From contig MEDY01000025.1 in the NCBI GenBank assembly GCA_001724265.1, positions 1-64,000 on the forward strand: a stretch of DNA of 64,000 nt. Reading direction: 5' to 3'. The translations under genes were made by a program, and so were the position numbers. Each line of letters begins with the position of its first letter. The first letter of the stretch is position 1. Shown here in pieces: positions 23,807 to 33,600 of the stretch. The notes under the pieces were generated by a model. That model had not been told where the DNA came from, searched no databases, and saw only the letters and a list, made by a program, of their open reading frames with translations. Source of the DNA: Rhizaria sp. SCN 62-66 (lineage: Eukaryota).

Positions 23807-25261
23807 TCACTGCTGCTGCGGCTCCTGCTGCAGAGGCAGAGGGACAGGAAACGACAGAGGCAGCGTGGCCGGCGCGTCATACTGGACCTCCCTGGCGAGC
23901 GGGAACGGCAGCAGCCTCGGCACCGCGGCCTGGTACTTTGAGTACGTGGGGTACTTCGACAGCGTGATGCGCTCAGTCAGGTTCGTCGACGCGTTGAACA
24001 GCAAAGTTAAGCCGCACGCGCCGGCCAGAGGCAACAGCACAGCGAGCACGGCGTTGACGCCGCTGGCGTTACCATTAAATGTGAGTAGCGGCGACTGCGC
24101 AACTAAGTGGGGCAGCACAGCAGCGGCTTGACTTACGACGACGTCTAAGGGATACGACAAGCTACTCACAAAGCTACTACTACTGCTGCTGCTGCTGAAG
24201 AGGGCGCTAGCGATCGATGGCAGGACGGCAAAGAGCGCGAAGCTCCACCACAGCGAGACCTCGGCCGCGAAGTTTGGGTGCCGTGAGTGGGCGAACAGAG
24301 AACTCGTGCAGTAACCGTGCCGCAGGTCCTCGAGCGAGGCGACGCCGGACCGCGCGGCCGCGGCGGCGATCGCGCGCGCGCTGAGGGCGTTGACGACCAC
24401 GGCCGCGTCCGCGTTGTCGATGTCGATCGCGTCTGCTGCGTCGTCAGCAGCTGCTGCAGCGCCGCTGCGGTTGTTGTTGTTGTTGCTGCTGCTGGCGCCA
24501 TTGTGGGAGTCGGCGGGGGTGCTCGCTTTGTTTGGACTGGCGGGCAGGTGGGACGTCAGCGTGAGGGCCAGCGCAGTGCGGTAGAGATCGCGGTAGCGGT
24601 AGAAGCGCCACTGCTGCTCGTCGGCAGCCGTTTCGATCGCAAAGCACGTCAGGAAACACACTGCCGCGACTCCGTCGCTGAAAGTCAACCCGCCGACGAA
24701 GAGGGTGAACAGAGACCAGACGGCCGAGAGCGCGCTTGTGTCCGCGGCGGACGCGGCCAGCGCGGTGGAGACGGCGGCTGCGGCGTGCGTGGGCGAGCGC
24801 AGCGCGTAGTACGCGGGAAAAGCGAGCAGAAACAGGAGAACGTTCTGGACGAAAGCAGTGAAGACGAAGTTGAGCAGCTGGTAAAGCACCTCGTTGTTGA
24901 TCTCAGCGCGGACAAAGACCCAACGGTAGTCCTCCGCGTGGCGCGCGTAGCCACCCTTGCGCGCGTAGTTGTATGTGAGGCGGCAGCCCCACAGCGCGGC
25001 CAGCAGCGCCATCGCAGTCAGCCGCGGGTGGAGGGCGAGGAAGGCGGCGAGGCTCAGCTCACGGGTGAGCAGGGACGCCGCGCGGAGCTCGAACAGGCCC
25101 GCAAAGACAAAGTACCAGACGTAGAAGACGGGCAGCAGGCTCCACAGGCGGTCGACAATGCTGTAGTTGCGCAGGGCGATCGAGAGCACCCAGCAGGATA
25201 GCGCTGAGGCGAGCATCAGACCGACGACGCCGGTCAAAACGGGGTCACCGAAATCTAGCAT
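23807..25261 (-). CDS. DUF1295 / steroid 5-alpha-reductase-like multi-pass membrane protein
   Basis: NYSIVDRLWSLLP, LWGCRLTYNYARKGGY...EDYRW, ETAADEQQWRF, LFAHSRHPNFAAE, STNLTERITLSKYPTY..YQ. Likely ATG at 25261, stop TGA. Confidence 0.88.
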   Translation of the reverse strand: MLDFGDPVLTGVVGLMLASALSCWVLSIALRNYSIVDRLWSLLPVFYVWYFVFAGLFELRAASLLTRELSLAAFLALHPRLTAMALLAALWGCRLTYNYARKGGYARHAEDYRWVFVRAEINNEVLYQLLNFVFTAFVQNVLLFLLAFPAYYALRSPTHAAAAVSTALAASAADTSALSAVWSLFTLFVGGLTFSDGVAAVCFLTCFAIETAADEQQWRFYRYRDLYRTALALTLTSHLPASPNKASTPADSHNGASSSNNNNNRSGAAAAADDAADAIDIDNADAAVVVNALSARAIAAAAARSGVASLEDLRHGYCTSSLFAHSRHPNFAAEVSLWWSFALFAVLPSIASALFSSSSSSSSFVSSLSYPLDVVVSQAAAVLPHLVAQSPLLTFNGNASGVNAVLAVLLPLAGACGLTLLFNASTNLTERITLSKYPTYSKYQAAVPRLLPFPLAREVQYDAPATLPLSFPVPLPLQQEPQQQ

Positions 25262-26241
25262 CTGCGGCGTGAAAGTGCATTGTAGCGGGAAAATATTAAT
25301 AAGATAAGCATGTAAGCTTGAAGTTTTACTTGGGCAAACGCCCTTCAATTGCAAGCCACGATGCAGAATTGTCTACAAGCAACCAGCTAATATCTTGACC
25401 TGGGCGCGTGTGGCCAAAAGTGGACGGGAAAACAGCATAAATCCATTTTATTGTATTTCATATTGTGACTTTACCAAAATTATCATATGAATAAGATGAG
25501 CGGCTGTGACTTCTATTAGAAATCACTACTCCATTTGCTTAAATCTTCTTTTAGTGTGAGATACATATGATTTTGCGGTTTGACCACGGTTACAAGCTTC
25601 TAACGGACAGCCGGGTCGCGAGGTGGTCGCCGCAAGTTTGAATTAGCACCAAACATAATCCATCAAAACCGCGGACTCATAAGCCCAGACAATGATATTT
25701 GTGTAGTATATGATGTATTGTTTCTATTTCTTTCTGTCCACACTCTCCCAAACGGTCTCTTGCCGTTCTATCCTTTTCCTTCTGTCACGTGTCTCGCCAC
25801 ATCTTTCTCGTCACCTTCTCTTTGTTTCCATCCCTGCACTTTACAAGCAACGTTGACGGAACTTTAACCCTTGAATTCACGATTTTCATGCTTTATCCTG
25901 GTCATCAATCTGCTTCGTATTTCACTCACTCTTGCGCTTCCCCGCTTTCTATCCCCTCGTCTTCGTCGTCACCCCCCGCAGTCAAGCTCCCCAACCAACT
26001 CACTTGTGTATCTCCCGAGAGCTTCTCCCCGCTCCCTACGCACACTTGTAACCCCTGTTGTCTGCCTTTCACCAGCTACAACACCTCCCATAACCCTCAC
26101 ATCTTTACAGTCGAGCATTAAACTCCTCTGTTGTTGAACCCTTCCCTTCCGTTAGCTAGCTGGTCGTCCCGCGTTTGCGCTCCCTCTCTTTCACAGCCCC
26201 AGTCTCCCACCCTCCACCAGTACCAGCACCCTCCGCACACC

Positions 26242-27690
26242 ATGCAGCGCACCCCGTTACTCCTGGCGGTGCAGAAGGGCCAGAAGCAGGAAGTGGCCCG
26301 GCTCCTGCGGCGCAAGGTCTCCGTCTCCGAGGCAGACAGCGACGGCGTCACTCCCAGCATGGAGGCCGCGGCCAACAACCACATCTCGATCCTGTCGACG
26401 CTGCTCGACGCCAAGGCCGACCTCAACGTTGTTAACCGCCTGGGCCGCTCCGCGCTCATCGAGGGCGCGGCGCGCGGGCACGCCGCCATCGTGCTGCGCC
26501 TATGCCGCGCGCGGCCCATTCTCGACTACGCCAACACGCACCACCCGCTGCGTCTCACCGCGCTGCACGAGGCCGCCTCGCGCGGCCACGACGGCGTCGT
26601 CTTCTGGCTCTGCGAGGCGCGCGCCGACATCAACAAGACCAACGCGTGGGGCGACACGCCTCTTATCATGGCGGCGCACAACAACAGGTTGGTGACTGTG
26701 CAGATGCTCGTGGCGCAGCGGGCCAACACCGACGTGCGCGGCGACGGGCGCCAATCGGCGCTCGAGACGGCGCTCTCGCAGGGCCACATGCGCGTCGCGG
26801 CGTTTCTGTCTGACCCGCGCACTAAGGACGCGGCCTACCTGAACGAGCTCTACAGCAAGTTCAAGGCCGCGCAGAAGGACGTGCTGCAGGACGAGGTCAA
26901 CTACGACGCGTCGCTGTCGTCGCGCAAGGTGCCAGTGCCGGGACCCGTGCCCCAAGAGTACCCCGAGTGGGAGGAGGCCCTCGAGCCTGTCGCCATCAGC
27001 GGCAACGGCTCTGCGTCCTCGTCGTCGTCGTCGTCGTCGTCGTCAGATGCTGCGGCGGCGGCGGCGCTGTTCCAGAACACGCTCAAGCTGACCCCCAACA
27101 CGCCCGTGTCGGTCCGCCGCGTGCCGCTAGCGACACTGCCCGAGTTCGGGGCCTGCCAGTGGATCGCGACCGAGCCCACGCGCACGAGCCGGCTGTCGCG
27201 CGAGGAAAAGATCTCCCACTTCGACGTCATCATCCACAGCAAGGAGACGCTCTACCCCGTCCTCACGCTGAACGGCAACGGCAGCTGGTCCTACGCCGGC
27301 GACGCGCTCTCGGGCGAGCTGCACGGCACCTTCGAGCTCTTCCACATCATCACGCGCTCGTCCCTGGCTGCACTCGAACGCGCTAAGGGTCCTGCGCCCG
27401 CGCTGGAGGCCACGGCGTCGCCCTTCTTCTACCTGGTCCGCCTCACCACCACGCCCAGCGAGGAGCAGTTCGCTGAGGGCGGCGAGCGGGCGCCGGTGCA
27501 GGTCGTCGGCTTTGTGCTAGGCCGCCAGATCGTGCTCGGCCGCCTTGTCATGGAGATGAGCGAGCTCGCGGTGCCCTGGTGGCTCATCAACAACACGCCC
27601 GCCGCCGCCATTGCCCACAGCAGCGGCGGCGGCAGCAGCGGCAGCAGCAGTGCCAGCGCCAGCAGTGGCAGTGCGGCGGCCAGCAACTAA
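26242..27690 (+). CDS. Ankyrin-repeat protein with an unidentified C-terminal domain
   Basis: About six ankyrin repeats (TPLLLAV, GVTPSMEAA, GRSALIEGA, TALHEAA..GH, GDTPLIMAA, SALETAL..GH). Likely ATG at 26242, stop TAA. Confidence 0.88.
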   Translation: MQRTPLLLAVQKGQKQEVARLLRRKVSVSEADSDGVTPSMEAAANNHISILSTLLDAKADLNVVNRLGRSALIEGAARGHAAIVLRLCRARPILDYANTHHPLRLTALHEAASRGHDGVVFWLCEARADINKTNAWGDTPLIMAAHNNRLVTVQMLVAQRANTDVRGDGRQSALETALSQGHMRVAAFLSDPRTKDAAYLNELYSKFKAAQKDVLQDEVNYDASLSSRKVPVPGPVPQEYPEWEEALEPVAISGNGSASSSSSSSSSSDAAAAAALFQNTLKLTPNTPVSVRRVPLATLPEFGACQWIATEPTRTSRLSREEKISHFDVIIHSKETLYPVLTLNGNGSWSYAGDALSGELHGTFELFHIITRSSLAALERAKGPAPALEATASPFFYLVRLTTTPSEEQFAEGGERAPVQVVGFVLGRQIVLGRLVMEMSELAVPWWLINNTPAAAIAHSSGGGSSGSSSASASSGSAAASN

Positions 27691-28720
27691 GTGGCTTGAC
27701 TTAAAGCCAAGCCGCAAGATGTAAGTATAGAGTAGATAACGTATAATCGCTCTCTACGTTTTCTTGCTTTCTTGCTTTAAGCTAAGAAAAGAAAGAGAAA
27801 ACAAGTCTCGAGTCTTGTTGCGAGTCTCTATTGGTTTGTTGTTGTGCTGCTAAGTTGCTGTTGTTGTTCGTTTTTTCTAGTTTTGTTTTTTGTTTTCTGT
27901 CTGATTTTGTAACAGGGATGTGTGTTTTCGAATTGTAATAGTGTTCGTAGTTGTTAGGAGTATTCTTGATGTTAAAGCGTATGATATTCTTTTAGTAACC
28001 TCTGATGTTTGTTTTTTTGTTTGTTTGGCATATAGTGTCACAGGAAATACAAGTATTCTGATTTACATGTACATGTAACTCTTAAGTGAAAGCGTAATCA
28101 CAGCATTGCCAGCTTAACCTAGAACACCATAAGTTTGCGGTTGCGACACCAAAAGAAGGGAATCCTCATCATGTGTATGTAGTACATCTGTCATGCACGC
28201 TTGCAAAACAATATCAAGGTTCAGTGTGATAATATATGTATGGTGGAGCGTATTGTCAATCAGTCAAACAAGAATTGTTCTCGGCGCTCTTAGTCGAGTC
28301 GCACATCAACGCAATGCGCCGCCAATCATACTCGTATCATGAAGACATACTGAAACACAAACCAAAGCAAAACAATATTAAACTTCTCACAAGGTAAATA
28401 ATCGAACAAGCTATCAAGCATAAAATATGAAATGCCAGTCCGACGCCCAGCCAGCCGCCCTCCCTGGCGGTCACATGTCACCACAATCCGAGAAACTTGA
28501 GGGCAACTAACAGTTCCTCCCTGGTTTTTCTTGTTCAACGTCGTCAATGTACGTGTATGTTTGTGTATTCACTCAATCTTAGCGAGCTACCGTTCATTCG
28601 AGGACTCGCAATATCATCTTTGTCGGCCCTCTATCTAAATCTTAGACCAGCCAATGTGAAGTGAAACTACTCACTGGTTACTCAAATGTATGGACTCTGG
28701 ACTCTGCGCGCACGCTAACT

Positions 28721-30190
28721 TCACCCGCGCGCGAAGCTGCCGGTACCGTTAGCGGCCTCCGCGGCCGCCGCGGCCGCCGCGGCCTCGCCTGCGCGCGAGT
28801 ACTCACTCGGATCCGTGAAGCCCGACTGGTACTGGATCTGGAGCATGGCCATGCGGCGCACGCGCCAGAGCAGGTAGCCGACGCCGACGAGCAGGATTGC
28901 GAGGAAGACGAAGACGACGGCGAGCGCGGCGCAGGTCCCGTCGCAGCTGGTGCCGCCGCCAACGTTGTACACGTCGGCCGAGGCGGACTGGGACACGCAG
29001 CGCGGGCCGTGCCACCTGTCGTGGCAGAAGCACCGGCTGGCCTTGAGGTCCGTGTCGTAGGAACAAATGCCGTTGCCGCCGCAGGGGCCATCGCCGCTCG
29101 TGAGGCCGCGCGCAAAGGCAGATTTGACGGAGTTCTTCTGTGCAGTCTCAGCAGTCTCAGTCTCAGTCTCAGTGTTGCTGTTGTTGTTGTTGATTTCACT
29201 CGCAGTGCTGAAGGGGTTGTTCACAACGGCGGAGGTGACGGAGGTACTTACACACTGTAAGGGGCAGGCGGCCGGGTGGTTGAACGTGGCCCTGTAGTTG
29301 CACTCGGTCGCCTCATCCACCCGCACCACGCCAGCGTCGGCCGCGCTCGAGCAGAGAAAGCGGACAGTGAAGCTGTACTTATCGAGCCCGCAGGTGGCGC
29401 CCGTGGGGTAGTATAAGTCCAGCCCGCCGCTGGGGTCGCTCGGGTTCACCAGGGACAGCTGCGGAGGCCGCGCAATGCGTGAGGCGTGAAAGCGAAGGAA
29501 ACGACAGCGGAGAAAGATAAAAAAGACAAAAGACGAGGTATAGACGTGAGTTTAAGACGTGATAAGATGTTTTTCAAGTAAAATATTTAAAAAGCATAAG
29601 AGACTTGAATATCACATAAAAGTTTTAAAACAGTCCTGAATCACGGAGATATATCTTTGGGAACGTACGGAAGTCTTGGGGTCGTTGTGCTTGCCGAGCG
29701 CGTGACACATGCCGACGGCCTTGATGAGCGAATAGGCGCCGGCCGTCTCGACGTCGCAGAGGTTGTCGGGCCGGATAGTGGCGCCGCAGACGTTGAAGTA
29801 GTACGTCTAGTTGAGCAGCGAGGGGTCGACGACAGTGTAGGACTGCCAGTCGGGCCTGCTGAGGGCGGACAGGTCGTAGCTCGTGCCCGAGGCCTTGCTC
29901 GTGAAGGTGCACTTGGACGTGTCCCACTCGTCGTCCGCCGCCGCGGCTTCCAAGTGCAGAGCCGTGAGCGCAGCGGGTGCGGGCACGGGGGACGCTGCAG
30001 CGCCGCGCGCAGAAGGCGCAGGCGCGGTGCGGGCGAGATCGGACGCGGCGCGCGACGCGGGGGGGGGCACAGCAGCGACGGCATGGGCGAGGGAGCTAAC
30101 GCTGGCGAGCACGAGCGAGAGAGCGAGGGCCAGCAGCGCGGGGCGCCGGCCGCCGCGGAAACACGGAGCGGGGGCGGCGAGGGGCGTCAT
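28721..30190 (-). CDS. Type I membrane protein with a mannose-6-phosphate receptor homology (MRH/ATG27-like) domain, an EGF-like domain and a TM helix. Exons 30190-29669 and 29458-28721, with an in-frame TAG at codon 128
   Basis: Signal peptide, then C.F.....YDLSAL..YTVVD...N*TYYFNVCG...C...C.ALG..|..GLDLYY..G.TC...FTVRFLC..E..ECNY...F.HPAACP, then CGGNGIC......CFC...W.GPRC and a hydrophobic TM helix. GTACGT...CAG phase-0 intron, stop TGA. Confidence 0.85.
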
Positions 30191-30633
30191 TGCGGGAGAG
30201 TGACGGGCTAGGGGGCGCGCGAACGAGGCCGGGATAGGTGCGACGAGCAGAGGGCGGGGGTTTCCTCGGGCGAGCGGGACTGAAAGAGCTAGATAAAAAG
30301 CAGAACAAGGAATTTGTGAAATAAAAATATAGAAACAAGATATTAAGAACTAAAATATTTGTTTACTCGGGTGAAAGCTCGGCATGACGAGTGAAATACG
30401 GTGTAAACTGCGTTGAGAAATGTAGGGCTACGTCGTTCGCTATGGCTCGATCGCTGGCGCTGGTTTTCCGTTTGTGGTGTCCATGTCGAGACTCACGAGG
30501 CGCAGTTGGTATCAATCTTCATCAATTGATCGCTAAATGATTTAAAACAACATTTTCTCGACTGCCAATGCGCTTTTCTAACTTGTCCCTTAATTATATC
30601 TTTTCACCTGTTCTTTTTGCCCCGCTATCACAG

Positions 30634-33600
30634 ATGCCAGGAGCCCGCAAACAGACCGCGGGCAGTGGCCACGCCCCTGCTGCTCCCACGGCGGCCGCGG
30701 CCGCCCCAACAGCACCTGTAACAGCCGCCGGCGCACCTGCTGCGACGTCACTTGCTGCATCACCTGCTGCAGATGCGACGGCCCTTGCAACTGCAACTGC
30801 GACTTCACCTGCCCACAGTGCGAAGAAGTCCAAGCTCGCGAACCACAACAACAGCACCGCTGCGACTGCAGCTAGCCATAGCTCTGGCTCTAGCGCGGGC
30901 GCGAGTGCGATTGCCGCGGCCAAGGAGCGGCTTGCTGCGCTGCGCAAGTCCAAAGCAGCCAAGCCAACCAAATCAGCGACAACCAGCAGCTCTCTCGGCA
31001 GCGGCACGGCGAACACAAGCAGTAACGCAAACGCTAACTCTATGGTTGCAACGAAACAACAGCTGCTCGATCAAGATCAAGAGCAGGAGCAGGAGCAGGG
31101 TGAGCATGACGCTCTCGTCTCTCTGTCCTCTCCGTCCAACACACACACTCACACAAACAACTACAACCCCTCTGCTAGCTCTGTTGCTACGAGTAGTAGT
31201 GGCATCAATGGGACTGCTCCTGCTGCTGCTGCTGCTGTTGGTGTAACAGTGATCGACCCCAGTCGCCCCCCCTGCCCGTCGCCCCTCCCCGGCGGCCTAA
31301 CTTCCGACGCCGCCGACGCCCGCTTCCACGACGCGCTGCTGCTGCTGGCTGGGCCCCAGGTCTTCGCCACCGCCACCCAGGGCTACACTAAGCTAGGCCG
31401 CGGCATGGTCGCGGTGCAGGAAGTTAGGCCGGGGCAGGTTGTGTGCTCCGTGCCGGCGGCGCTTGCAATCACGGCGAGGCTCGCACTCAGGGAGACCAGG
31501 GAGGCCGGGACCGGGAGCGAATCCCTAACTTACACGACGAATGTGTCTAAGGGCACAAGTGTGTCTCTGGGCAGTGTCGCTGGCGCCGCTGCGCATAGTC
31601 TGTGGCTGCAGGCGCTTCCGACGCTTCTGGCCAACAGCACTGCCGCGAACGCTCATAACAACGCTGCTGCGAGAAACAACAACTCTGGCTCCAAGAACAA
31701 CAACAGCAGCAAGAGTAAGAAACGCAGCAGCAGTGCACTAACAAGCGAGGCCAACAACGCTAAGACTGCAACGTCTGCCGCTACTGCGACGACTGCGACT
31801 CCTGCTGCTGTTGTTGCTGCTGGTGGTGTGGCTGATGACGCGAGTGTGGTCGACAGCGACGTGCTGACGCTGTTTCTGCCGGGCCAGACCGCAGTCTACG
31901 CCTTCCTGATGTACCACCGCTTCGCGACCAGGCACGCGCCCCAGCCGCCGCGGGGCCTCGGCGGGCTAAGTACCTCCTTAGACGGGGACGGGCTTGGCGA
32001 CGCGACTGAGACCGCGACTGCGAGTCCTAGGGCTGGTGTAAGTAGCGACTACTTGAAGTCTAAGGGTGTCCCTGAGTGGTTTTGGACTGTCTACGCCCAG
32101 TGGCTGCCGGCTACTTACAGCGATCCCCTCTGGTGGCCCTTAGACCAACGCGAACGCCTACTTAACAATCGAAGTAGTAGTAGCAACACTACTGCTGCCT
32201 CTAGTCAAAGCCAGAGTCTAAGTACCCCCTTACAGCAGCATCAGCAGCAGAGCGCGCTGGGAATGACCGTGGGCGGCCGCCTGGCTGCCCTCAAGCGCCT
32301 CTACACCCTTACAATCGCCCCCTTAGCTGAGATGGGCGGCGACTGCGCGGCGGCGTGCACATGTAAGTGCACCCACGCTCCTGCTGCTGCTGCTGCTGGC
32401 GATGCTGATGCTGCTTGCGATGCTGATGCTGCTCCTGCTTACTGCGTGTGCGGATGCAAATGCGACTGGCGGCTTATCTTCGGGCGCTTCGACAACTTCC
32501 TCTGGGCGCACTCGGCCTTCAGTTCGCGCTCATTCCCCGCCGCCATGGCCACACACGCGGCCTTACTTAACCAGCCCCTGCCCCTGCCCCTCTCTCTGCC
32601 CCAGCCCCAGCCTCTGCCCGTGTCTGGCGATGTGTCAAGCAGCACCACCTCCACCAGTGTCAGTGCCAGCGCCAGTGCCAGTGCCGCCGCCGCCGCCGCC
32701 GCTACTGCTGCCGCTGCGGATGTCGCGTCGCTCTGTGCGCGCTACTACACAGGCCGGCTGCTCGGGGTGATGTTGCCGTTCATCGACCTGAGCAATCACT
32801 GCCACCACTGGCCCGTGGCCTGGCACGCGGGACCAGCCAAGCACCACTTAGACGCGTCTAAGTACCCCTCAGACGAGCACAGCGCGTTCGACGCGCAGGC
32901 GCGCGCGCACCTGTCTAAGTACCCCGGGGACGCTAAGTACCTCGCGACACTCATTGAGAGCGACAAGAGCAAGAGCAGTGACAGCGAAAATGCTTCAAGC
33001 GATGTAAGTGTCGCCTTTGGCCCTGGCGACGGTGTAAGTACCACCGCGTACCAATACCCTCTCCAGTTCATGCCTTCATCCCCCACAACTCCCTTACAAA
33101 GCGACGCGACGGCCCTACTTACACCGACGGCACTTACATCCTCCTCCAGCTCCCGCGTCAGCGGCAACGGCGCGCCGTTGGACTGGGCTGTGGGCTACCG
33201 CTCCCTTACACCGTACTCCAAGGGGGACGAGGTGTACAACAACTACGGGCCCAAGTCCAACGAGGAGCTGCTCGTCGGCTACGGGTTCGTAGTTCCGAAA
33301 AATGTCGACGACAACGTCGCCGTCAAGGTGCGCGTGAGTGATGTGACAGTGGAGGGCGTCGAAGGGCTCAAGAGGGCCATTCCCAAGACGAACACGTCCG
33401 CGTCAGCCGCCTCAGCCGCCTCAGCCGCCTCACCTGCCTCTACCGCCTCTGCCTCTGCTTTGAGTCAGAACGAGAGTGAGAGCAAGAGCGAGAGTCTGAG
33501 TGCTGAAAACGACGATACTTGCGCAGATGCCAACTATGCTCTCATTGACGTCGATGTAAGCGCCCTGAGCACGCAAATCGACGACGTGCTCTTCCTCCGC

